Shown here piece by piece: positions 35,972 through 43,195 of a stretch of DNA of 64,000 nt (the stretch's first letter is position 1; each line of letters begins with the position of its first letter). The notes beneath the pieces are model-generated. The model saw only the letters and a list, made by a program, of their open reading frames with translations. It searched no databases and was not told the origin of the DNA. Location: NCBI GenBank assembly GCA_934454405.1, contig CAKSFN010000004.1:84854-148853 (forward strand), written 5' to 3'. The DNA comes from an uncultured Eubacteriales bacterium. Its GTDB lineage: Bacteria > Bacillota > Clostridia > Oscillospirales > UBA644. Both the position numbers and the translations under genes were made by a program.

Positions 35972-36694
35972 ATGACAAATTACGAAATCCTACAGAAAAT
36001 TTGTAAAAGAGCAAAAGAAAACATAGATTTGCTTAATAATTCAGGAAAACTTGATGCACTTAGTAAATGTATTGCTTTTGCTGATGATCTCCATAAGTGG
36101 GTATCTTATTGTGATAATCTGAAAGACTATATTTTAGTCAAAGAAGCCAAAACTGAATGTATAAACTCAATTTATATGTGTGCTCAAGGATTTTATAAGG
36201 AAGCAATAACAACTCTGCGCCAGTTTTTTGAACATATGTTGTTTGCCATATTGCTATCAACCAATGATTATAAGTATAGACTTTGGCAAACTGGACGGTA
36301 TGATATGTCATGGTCGCAAATTGTAGATGATCAAAATGGTATATTTGGGAAACAGTTTATTAGCGCGTATGCAGAGAACTTAGATGAGGTACGAAGTGTA
36401 GAATTTCTTACAATTGCAAAAAATGTGTACAGGGAATGCTCGGAGTATGTACATGGTAATTTTGAGAAGCTAAGTTTACTGCCTGATAATCTCCTATTCG
36501 ACGGAAATGCCTTTGACCAGTATGTAGAATATTTTTCGAATATTCAATATCTGATTTGCGCGGCCTTGTTTATTAGATTTAGGCATATATTTAATAAGTG
36601 CGAAACAATTTCTGCACTTGAACCAATTATTTCAGATAACTTGGGAACATTATCAGAAATTCAACAATTGCTTTCGCCTGAAGGAGTGAACTAA
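35972..36694 (+). CDS. Uncharacterised all-alpha protein (240 aa) with HEPN/DUF4145-like R..H motifs
   Basis: AGGAAGAG RBS. Motifs GFYKEAITTLRQFFEHML (Rx4H, R83-H88) and NVYRECSEYVHGN (Rx6H, R154-H161). Same strand and composition as the R-M genes. Confidence 0.6.
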   Translation: MTNYEILQKICKRAKENIDLLNNSGKLDALSKCIAFADDLHKWVSYCDNLKDYILVKEAKTECINSIYMCAQGFYKEAITTLRQFFEHMLFAILLSTNDYKYRLWQTGRYDMSWSQIVDDQNGIFGKQFISAYAENLDEVRSVEFLTIAKNVYRECSEYVHGNFEKLSLLPDNLLFDGNAFDQYVEYFSNIQYLICAALFIRFRHIFNKCETISALEPIISDNLGTLSEIQQLLSPEGVN

Positions 36695-36695
36695 C

Positions 36696-38294
36696 ATGAA
36701 CGATTTGGTTTTTAGAACCGAAGAATTAACTAACCATCAAATAGCAGAATTGTATGTAGCATCCGATTATGAGCAAAGCATTATTGATAAACTTAAAGCC
36801 CCCTCCCCGGTTTTGTTAATTGGAAGTAGAGGTGTTGGAAAATCATTTCTATTCAAAATGAGCGAAATTCAGATGCTTCAAGAATTCTCAGAGAAAAAAA
36901 TTTTGCCGGTGTTTTTAACTTTCAGAAAAGCTTCGCTATTGAAAACATCAAATCCTGAACAATTTCAGAGCTGGATGCTCAGTCGAATTTGTTCCGAAGT
37001 TCTTAGAGCGTTAAAAAAAATAGGAAAACTATCCCCTATATCTGGTGGATTATCATTATTGGCAGGTGAAGGTGAGACCGAATCGAACAAAATTGACGAT
37101 ATTGCAAAAGCCTTTGAAGAGTCTTGGAAAAAACCGGGAGAACTTATCGATGTTACCAAAATTCCGTCTTTAGATGTGTTCCTAAATACAGTAGAAGACT
37201 TATGTGATGAACTGGATATTTCTCGTATCGTTTTATTTATCGATGAAGCCGCACATGTTTTCTTACCACAGCAGCAACGAGAGTTCTTTACATTATTTAG
37301 AGATTTGAGGTCGCCCTATATCAAATGTAATGCAGCAGTATATCCTGGTGTAACCGTTTATGGAGAAACATTTGAGCCAATACATGATGCTGTCAAAATA
37401 TCCTTAGTTAGAAATGTGAATGATTCAGACTATGTGTCTATCATGAAGCAGATGGTATTAAAGCAGATTCATGATAGCAGTTTAGCCACTAATCTTTCAA
37501 GACATGGAGAGAATTTCACTTTGCTTGCGTATGCGGCGTCAGGAAATCCCCGGTATCTTTTAACAAGCGTTTCTATGGCCGAGAAAATCGATGCAAAGTC
37601 TGTCAATCAAGTCTTTAGGGATTACTATCGAGAAAAACTTTGGGCAGAGCACACTAAATTGGCAGACAGATATCCCGGGTATAAGGATTTCATTTCATGG
37701 GGACGTGATTTTCTTGAAACTACTGTACTCCCAGAAATAAAGAGAAAAAACGATGATTTCCTTGAAAATAGTAATGGCAAAGGAACAACAGCATATTTCT
37801 GGATTCACAACAATGCTCCTCAAGAGGTTAAAGAGGCTCTGAGAATACTTGAGTATTCTGGTCTGATTTATGAAGATGCTGCTGGAATACGTGCAACCCG
37901 CAGTGAGATTGGAACACGGTACATGGTAAATCTCGGGTGTTTACTGGCATCTGAATCAACTCCGTCAGCAACAGGAATGAAAATAATCAAAGCATTAGAT
38001 ATTAGAAGAATGAGCGAATATGGTGCGAATTATCCTGTATATCAAGGGGTTCAGGGTAAGATCGTTGGAAGCGAAACAGATGCGCTTAAGGGACAGTTGG
38101 ATAAATCAATAGATTTGCTTGAGCTAACAGATTGGCAAAAACAGAAGATGCATGAGATTTCGATTAATACCATTGGAGATTTAATTTCCGCACCAGAAGA
38201 AAAATTAAAACAAGCAAAATATATAGCAAATGTGCGAGCCAGAACAATAAAAAATGCTGGAATTGCAGCTGTATGTGAGTATTTGCTGGGATAA
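36696..38294 (+). CDS. ORC/Cdc6-like AAA+ ATPase with a winged helix and a C-terminal RNAP-alpha-CTD-like helix-hairpin-helix
   Basis: Starts 1 nt after the upstream stop. Walker A GSRGVGKS (res 43-50), Walker B VLFIDEA, GNPRYLL sensor-2-like patch, wHTH-like ALRILEYSGLIYEDAAGIR, and a C-terminal INTIGDLISAPEEKLKQAKYIANVRARTIKNAG. Confidence 0.7.
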   Translation: MNDLVFRTEELTNHQIAELYVASDYEQSIIDKLKAPSPVLLIGSRGVGKSFLFKMSEIQMLQEFSEKKILPVFLTFRKASLLKTSNPEQFQSWMLSRICSEVLRALKKIGKLSPISGGLSLLAGEGETESNKIDDIAKAFEESWKKPGELIDVTKIPSLDVFLNTVEDLCDELDISRIVLFIDEAAHVFLPQQQREFFTLFRDLRSPYIKCNAAVYPGVTVYGETFEPIHDAVKISLVRNVNDSDYVSIMKQMVLKQIHDSSLATNLSRHGENFTLLAYAASGNPRYLLTSVSMAEKIDAKSVNQVFRDYYREKLWAEHTKLADRYPGYKDFISWGRDFLETTVLPEIKRKNDDFLENSNGKGTTAYFWIHNNAPQEVKEALRILEYSGLIYEDAAGIRATRSEIGTRYMVNLGCLLASESTPSATGMKIIKALDIRRMSEYGANYPVYQGVQGKIVGSETDALKGQLDKSIDLLELTDWQKQKMHEISINTIGDLISAPEEKLKQAKYIANVRARTIKNAGIAAVCEYLLG

Positions 38295-38666
38295 TTATGT
38301 CTCCCGATAGGCAAGCATATATATTGCTATAATTTATTACTAAATCGCCTATAGAAATGTAGGAATCAATTATTGATAACATCCCCTGATAGCCTTTTGA
38401 TAGCATAAAATCGATCCCCCATCGGATTGAAATAATTGGTATATAATTAAGCCAAATGAAATCAAACGACCTATACAAAAAAGTGTAGATTGCGTTTCTC
38501 TCGGCGAATTATACTCGTTGCGCTTGGTATGCAGGATGCCCTCCGGGTAGTCGACGCACCAGTCCAAAACAAAGCGGGTCAGGTACTTTTGAATAATGCA
38601 AACTGCGCCGATTTGAGTTTCAAACCTGAAAGTGCCGACGGGGTACAAGGGGTGTCCCCTTAAAGA

Positions 38667-38706
38667 GAATCCGGGTGTGAGCACCATGGAATGAGCACCC
38701 GGATTC
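38667..38706. repeat. Hairpin GAATCCGGGTG-N18-CACCCGGATTC
   Basis: 11-bp perfect arms, read directly, in the non-coding junction. Confidence 0.7.
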
Positions 38707-38896
38707 AGTGCTTGCTAAGAATTGCAGACAGACAAAGTCGTTCCGGAGACCGTACACATCGGAGCGGCTTTTCTTTTTTTCAAAGTTTCAATCGGTAATT
38801 ACACCTTGCTCCTGTTTGTATTCGGTTTCTTGCGGATGCCCGTGCATGCATACGGACACTTTTTCTTCCGTCTTTCACTCTCAGCAAGCACTGAAT
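38703..38896. repeat. Pair of 14-bp perfect inverted repeats (ATTCAGTGCTTGCT / AGCAAGCACTGAAT) flanking 166 nt
   Basis: Arms at 38703-38716 and 38883-38896, read directly. Confidence 0.7.
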
Positions 38897-38897
38897 G

Positions 38898-38927
38898 ATA
38901 CCTCCCACCCGGATGCCTCCCACCGGG
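38898..38927. repeat. Tandem 15-nt direct repeat ATACCTCCCACCCGG / ATGCCTCCCACCGGG
   Basis: 13 of 15 positions identical. A third, degenerate CCTCCCC follows at ~38957. Confidence 0.6.
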
Positions 38928-39050
38928 TTTTCGGTACATTCGCTTGTGAGGGGATACCTCCCCTAATACCCCTCGGACAAAGCAATGCCACTTGATTTTT
39001 TCTGCCTGCGTACCGACGACAAATAAGTTGAAAATCTTTCCTTCTTCCTC

Positions 39051-39079
39051 TTGACAAGTTATGCGAGTGATGCTATAAT
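39051..39079 (+). promoter_or_regulatory. Consensus sigma-70 promoter TTGACA-N17-TATAAT (TGC extended -10) for the LexA-like gene
   Basis: Hexamers at 39051-39056 and 39074-39079. The spacer resembles that of the promoter at 33246. Confidence 0.65.
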
Positions 39080-39084
39080 AATAT

Positions 39085-39102
39085 GCGGTACTATTGTACC
39101 GC
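39085..39102. promoter_or_regulatory. Operator-like palindrome GCGGTAC-TATT-GTACCGC just downstream of the -10 element
   Basis: 7-bp perfect arms positioned over the expected transcription start. Plausible autoregulation site for the adjacent repressor. Confidence 0.4.
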
Positions 39103-39121
39103 TATATAGAAAGAGGTACCT

Positions 39122-39733
39122 ATGAAAGCATTGGACGCAGAACGCTTTACGAAAATTCGGGCGTTCATCGATGAATATTATCTTGACCATCATAAGTCCC
39201 CGACCGTGCGCGACATTGCCGCAGGCACGGGAATATCCAAGACTGCAGTGCAACGCTATCTGACCGATATGAAGGCGCACGGCGAGATCGAATACAACGG
39301 CAGGCGCAGCATTGAAACCGACCTTTCCCGTGTCATGACCGATATCACACCTGCCGCCCGGTATGACAGTACCGTGTCGTGCGGTTTGCCGACCGAAGTA
39401 AATGTGGAACCCGCAGAGGTGCTGCCGCTACCCAAATCGCTCGTCGGTAACGGAACATTCTTCATTCTCACCGCCAAGGGTGACTCAATGACAGGCATCG
39501 GGGTAGATGACGGCGACCTTGTGATCGTTCGTGAGCAGAACACCTGCAGGGACGGAGACTATGCCGTCGTACTTGTGGACGGGCGGGAAACTTTGCTCAA
39601 AACCGTCACCTATCTGCCCGACAAGCAGGCTTATCTGTTGCACGCCGAGAATCCGGATTACCCCGAACGGGTGGAACGCAATGTGACCATTCAGGGTGTG
39701 GCAATCAAGGTCATCAAGGAACTGAAACGATAG
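39122..39733 (+). CDS. LexA/CI-like repressor (N-terminal wHTH plus S24 peptidase domain)
   Basis: VRDIAAGTGISKTAVQRYLTDM is the HTH. GDSM carries the Ser nucleophile and ETLLKTV the Lys, in S24 spacing. Confidence 0.8.
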   Translation: MKALDAERFTKIRAFIDEYYLDHHKSPTVRDIAAGTGISKTAVQRYLTDMKAHGEIEYNGRRSIETDLSRVMTDITPAARYDSTVSCGLPTEVNVEPAEVLPLPKSLVGNGTFFILTAKGDSMTGIGVDDGDLVIVREQNTCRDGDYAVVLVDGRETLLKTVTYLPDKQAYLLHAENPDYPERVERNVTIQGVAIKVIKELKR

Positions 39734-39745
39734 GAGGAAGAAACA

Positions 39746-40069
39746 TTGACATTAAAAGAAGCATGGGAATGTATCGTCGAAACGATGAACAACAATAAAA
39801 CCACACAGGTCGTGATCGTCAGCAAGGGGGATCCTGATTATGACAAATGTCTGTCACTTGATTGGCTTGTCGAAAAATTCAAAAACGCAATCAACAATAC
39901 CCGTGGCTGTTTCGGTGTTCCGAAAGAGGAAATCGACAATCTGGCAGATGCGTTGCTTCCGGCGATGATCGAGTTCTTTCAAAGCGAGGAGGGACAGCGG
40001 GAATTTGCCGCTTGGCTTGAAAAGCGGGAGAAAGAACAAACAGTAAAGAAAAAGGATGGTGACACATGA
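39746..40069 (+). CDS. Hypothetical protein (107 aa)
   Basis: TTG start 7 nt after AGGAGG. Its stop overlaps the recombinase ATG (ATGA). Confidence 0.5.
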   Translation: MTLKEAWECIVETMNNNKTTQVVIVSKGDPDYDKCLSLDWLVEKFKNAINNTRGCFGVPKEEIDNLADALLPAMIEFFQSEEGQREFAAWLEKREKEQTVKKKDGDT

Positions 40070-41688
40070 TTGGCGTTATCTATGCACGGTATTCCTCCGA
40101 TAATCAGCGCGAGGAGTCCATTGAAGGTCAGCTTCGGGAGTGCCGTCAGTATGCGGACAGGAACGGTATCACTCTGCTTGATCCGTACATCGACCGTGCC
40201 TATTCTGCGAAAACGGATAATCGTCCGAGTTTCTTAAAAATGGTCAAGGACAGCGCGGCAAAGAAGTTTGACACGATCATTGTATGGAAGCTTGACCGCT
40301 TTGCCCGAAACCGTTATGACTCGGCACATTATAAATCTATCCTGCGCAAAAACGGCGTTCGTGTTGTTTCGGCAACCGAATCTATTTCAGAAGGTTCGGA
40401 AGGCATTCTGCTGGAATCTGTATTGGAAGGTATGGCGGAGTATTACTCGGCTGACCTTGCACAAAAAGTGATTCGGGGATTGACGGAAAACGCCCTGAAA
40501 TGCAAATACAACGGCGGTACCTTACCAATCGGATATGTTATCGATTCTGCACAATATTTTCAGATTGATCCTATCACCGCTCCTGCCGTATTGAATGCCT
40601 TTCGGCATTACGCCGCCGGAAAGTCCATGCGGGAAGTAACGGACGAATTGAATATTACCGGTATCCGAACAAAACGGAACGGAAAGATCAGTATCAACAG
40701 CGTCACAAGAATGCTCCACAATCGAAAGTATATCGGCGAATATTCTTACAGGGACACGGTTATTCCGGGCGGAATTCCCGCCATCGTTCCGAAAGAACTG
40801 TTTGATAAAGTACAGGAGCGTATGGCAAAAACAAAGAAAGCCCCTGCCCACCACAAAGCAGAAGATGAATATCTCCTGACGACGAAGATTTTCTGCGGTG
40901 AGTGTAAACGCATGATGACCGGAGAGAGCGGAACAAGTCACATGGGTAATGTACACCGTTACTACAAGTGCAACGGTGCCCGTAAGGGTGGGGACTGTCA
41001 CAAGAAAACGGTCAAAAAGGAATGGATTGAAAATATGGTTCTCTCCAAAATCCGCGAAGTCATTTTTGACGATGAACTGTTGAATGATGTTGCAGACCGA
41101 CTGATGGAACGTCTTCACGCAGAAAATACAAACCTCCCCATTCTCAGACGGCAACTGAAGGAGGTAGAAAAAGGCATTGATAATTTTATGAATGCCATTC
41201 AAATGGGCATTATCACGCCGTCCACCAAAGAGCGATTGAATGATCTGGAAACGCAGAAATCAGAGCTAACCGTACAGATCATGAAGGAAGAAATGTCAGT
41301 GCCGTCGCTGACAAAAGAGCAGATTCTTTTCTTTCTCACGAAATTCAGAGAACTCAATCCCAAACTTCTCGATCATCGCCGCAGGCTGATCGACAGCTTT
41401 GTCAACGCCGTTTATCTCTATGACGACAGATTGACAATCCTGTTCAACTGCAAGGACGGAAACAAGACTTACACTTTTGCGGAAATTGAAGCCGCACTAA
41501 AAGGTTCGGGTTTGTCTGCACTCGCTGCACCAAAAATCGACAAGCCGCACATGCTGCTTGTCGGTTTTATTCTCTGCCAACACGGAATCGGCAGGTCTCG
41601 CTGCGGCTCGGTCACGCTCCGGCTCTCTCGCTGCAAGCGGTCATACAGAAATACTGTACTTTACATCTATTGGCTGATGCATAGTTAA
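40066..41688 (+). CDS. Large serine recombinase (phage/island integrase type)
   Basis: IGVIYARYSSDNQREESIEGQ catalytic Ser motif, DRFARN, recombinase domain, CGECKRMM...YYKCNG zinc ribbon, coiled coil. The last ~50 aa look low-quality and contain a terminator-like hairpin (CGACAAGC-N10-GCTTGTCG). Confidence 0.9.
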   Translation: MIGVIYARYSSDNQREESIEGQLRECRQYADRNGITLLDPYIDRAYSAKTDNRPSFLKMVKDSAAKKFDTIIVWKLDRFARNRYDSAHYKSILRKNGVRVVSATESISEGSEGILLESVLEGMAEYYSADLAQKVIRGLTENALKCKYNGGTLPIGYVIDSAQYFQIDPITAPAVLNAFRHYAAGKSMREVTDELNITGIRTKRNGKISINSVTRMLHNRKYIGEYSYRDTVIPGGIPAIVPKELFDKVQERMAKTKKAPAHHKAEDEYLLTTKIFCGECKRMMTGESGTSHMGNVHRYYKCNGARKGGDCHKKTVKKEWIENMVLSKIREVIFDDELLNDVADRLMERLHAENTNLPILRRQLKEVEKGIDNFMNAIQMGIITPSTKERLNDLETQKSELTVQIMKEEMSVPSLTKEQILFFLTKFRELNPKLLDHRRRLIDSFVNAVYLYDDRLTILFNCKDGNKTYTFAEIEAALKGSGLSALAAPKIDKPHMLLVGFILCQHGIGRSRCGSVTLRLSRCKRSYRNTVLYIYWLMHS

Positions 41689-41756
41689 ATCATAAAATGC
41701 CATAGTGTATTTTAACCGTCCGCAAAAAGTTCAATTAAATAATACTTTATGGCGTA

Positions 41757-41785
41757 TTGACATCGGTCTTTATATATGGTAAAAT
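41757..41785 (+). promoter_or_regulatory. Promoter TTGACA-N17-TAAAAT
   Basis: Hexamers at 41757-41762 and 41780-41785, upstream of the 35-codon ORF. Confidence 0.45.
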
Positions 41786-41818
41786 AACCAAAAAGATTTT
41801 AAGGCGGAGGGCAACGAG

Positions 41819-41926
41819 ATGGGAACGGTGTTTGTTTGCAAAACGAATTGCCGAAAGAAAGTGCCGTTTTACCCCGTTTTTTCAAATTCTTATTCCGCCG
41901 GCAATAATATAACCACCGACTTTTAA
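41819..41926 (+). CDS. 35-aa small ORF (MGTVFVCKTNCRKKVPFYPVFSNSYSAGNNITTDF) with a complete set of expression signals
   Basis: Promoter, GGAGGG RBS 7 nt upstream of the ATG, and a strong terminator starting at the stop codon. No homology known to me. Confidence 0.35.
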   Translation: MGTVFVCKTNCRKKVPFYPVFSNSYSAGNNITTDF

Positions 41927-41958
41927 GCGTTTCTTCGGAAACGCTTTTTTCTTTTTTC
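41926..41958 (+). terminator. Rho-independent terminator
   Basis: AGCGTTTC-TTCG-GAAACGCT followed by TTTTTTCTTTTTT. Confidence 0.8.
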
Positions 41959-42051
41959 GTACAGCGTTTTTCCAATATATACAATTCATATATTTGATAT
42001 GCGCCCGTGTTTGTACGAATTGCCGTTTTTTAACTTTTTCAAATTAAGATA

Positions 42052-42080
42052 TTGCATAAATGCTCAAAAAGTGCTATTAT
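42052..42080 (+). promoter_or_regulatory. arg operon promoter TTGCAT-N17-TATTAT
   Basis: Hexamers at 42052-42057 and 42075-42080, ~125 nt upstream of argC. Confidence 0.55.
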
Positions 42081-42081
42081 A

Positions 42082-42099
42082 TATGCATAACAATTCATT
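42082..42099. promoter_or_regulatory. ARG box 1 (ArgR/AhrC operator-like): TATGCATAACAATTCATT
   Basis: Matches the TGAAT-N4-ATTCA core with one mismatch. Sits immediately downstream of the -10 element. Confidence 0.5.
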
Positions 42100-42110
42100 T
42101 ATATGCAGTT

Positions 42111-42128
42111 TTGTGAATAATTATCCTT
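42111..42128. promoter_or_regulatory. ARG box 2: TTGTGAATAATTATCCTT
   Basis: The TGAAT half-site is perfect and the second half-site has two mismatches. Box starts are 29 nt apart (11-nt gap), a tandem-box arrangement. Confidence 0.4.
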
Positions 42129-42203
42129 ACAGCAAATCAGGTCGCACATAAAATCCGCAAGTCGGATTATTTATGCAACGGCTTCGAAAGACGGTGAAAA
42201 AGA

Positions 42204-43136
42204 GTGAAAAAGGTATTTATCGACGGCAAGGCGGGAACGACGGGGCTTCGGATATACGAAAGGCTCGGACAGAGAGACGACATCGAACTGCTGACGCTTG
42301 CCGAGGAAGACAGGAAAAATGCGGAAAAGCGCAAAGCGGCGTTAAACGATGCGGACATTGCTTTTTTGTGTCTGCCCGACGACGCGGCGGTCGAAGCGGT
42401 GAAAATGATAGAAAACCCGAACGCCGTTGTTATTGACACATCGACGGCGCACAGAACGGCAAACGGTTGGGTATACGGTTTTCCCGAACTCGGTAAGAAT
42501 TTTTCAGACAGACTGAAAAGCGCGAAAAGAATAGCTGTTCCGGGGTGTCACGCAAGCGGCTTTATCGCTCTTGTAAAGCCGTTGATAGACGAAAAGGTTA
42601 TCAAACCGAGCATAAAACTGTGCTGTCATTCGCTGACGGGTTACAGCGGCGGCGGAAAAAAGATGATAGCGCAATATGAACAGGACGGCAGGGACAGACT
42701 TTTGGAAGCGCCGAGACAGTACGGTCTGACGCAGAACCACAAGCATCTGAAAGAAATGCAGGCGATAACTGGGCTTGAAAACGCGCCGATATTCTGTCCT
42801 GTTGTGGCGCCGTTTTACAGCGGAATGGAAGTGACCGTGCCCCTGTTCTCTTCCGATTTGCAAAACGGTGTCGGAGCGGACGAAATCAAAGAGATATACA
42901 AATCCAAATACGCTTCCGCGATAGTCTCTTATGAAGATAAGGCGGCGGACGGAATGCTTTCCGCGGCGGCGATGTCGGGACTTGATTCGATGAAAACATG
43001 CGTTTTCGGAAACGATGAAAGAATACTTCTGACGGCTGTTTACGACAACCTCGGAAAAGGCGCGTCGGGTGCGGCGGTCGAGGTAATGAACATAATCCTC
43101 GGCAAAGACGTAACAAGCGGACTGAATATAACGTAA
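42204..43136 (+). CDS. argC: N-acetyl-gamma-glutamyl-phosphate reductase (short-form ArgC)
   Basis: GTG start. KVFIDGKAGTTGLRI NAD-binding N-terminus, PGCHASGF active-site Cys, operon context. Confidence 0.85.
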   Translation: MKKVFIDGKAGTTGLRIYERLGQRDDIELLTLAEEDRKNAEKRKAALNDADIAFLCLPDDAAVEAVKMIENPNAVVIDTSTAHRTANGWVYGFPELGKNFSDRLKSAKRIAVPGCHASGFIALVKPLIDEKVIKPSIKLCCHSLTGYSGGGKKMIAQYEQDGRDRLLEAPRQYGLTQNHKHLKEMQAITGLENAPIFCPVVAPFYSGMEVTVPLFSSDLQNGVGADEIKEIYKSKYASAIVSYEDKAADGMLSAAAMSGLDSMKTCVFGNDERILLTAVYDNLGKGASGAAVEVMNIILGKDVTSGLNIT

Positions 43137-43195
43137 CGAGTGAAAGAACCAAGACAAAGAGTGAAAATGTACGCGAAGAGCGGAAAACGGAGTAT

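Larger units (their letters stand above)
33240..41760. mobile_element. Second integrated island: AT-rich R-M / candidate defence islet, scarred junction, and a LexA-like repressor with a large serine recombinase at the right end
   Basis: A visible drop in G+C between ~33.25 and ~38.5 kb (judged by eye, not computed). The recombinase gene ends at 41688, next to the host arg promoter region. The left boundary is uncertain. Confidence 0.45.

Noticed and set aside
38370-38687. 105-aa minus-strand ORF in the junction, and the 95-aa + strand ORF at 38708-38995.
   Set aside because: They have no RBS, a composite AT-rich/GC-rich composition, and run through hairpins and repeats. Only a short internal stretch looks protein-like, and that is reported as a fragment.
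38898-38965. Possible CRISPR-like or tandem repeat array.
   Set aside because: There are only two adjacent 15-mers plus a degenerate third, with no spacers and no cas genes. Not a CRISPR array.
41520-41688. The C-terminal ~50 aa of the serine recombinase as a functional domain.
   Set aside because: The sequence (..LLVGFILCQHGIGRSRCGSVTLRLSRCKRSYRNTVLYIYWLMHS) is atypical and contains a terminator-like hairpin. It probably reflects read-through across the element end. The gene call is kept, but the tail is not interpreted.
42173-42436. 87-aa ORF overlapping the argC start. Similar alternate-frame ORFs occur inside arg/car genes.
   Set aside because: It is Arg/Gly/Lys-rich nonsense in a shadow frame. 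argC, with its GTG start at 42204 and family motifs, explains the region.
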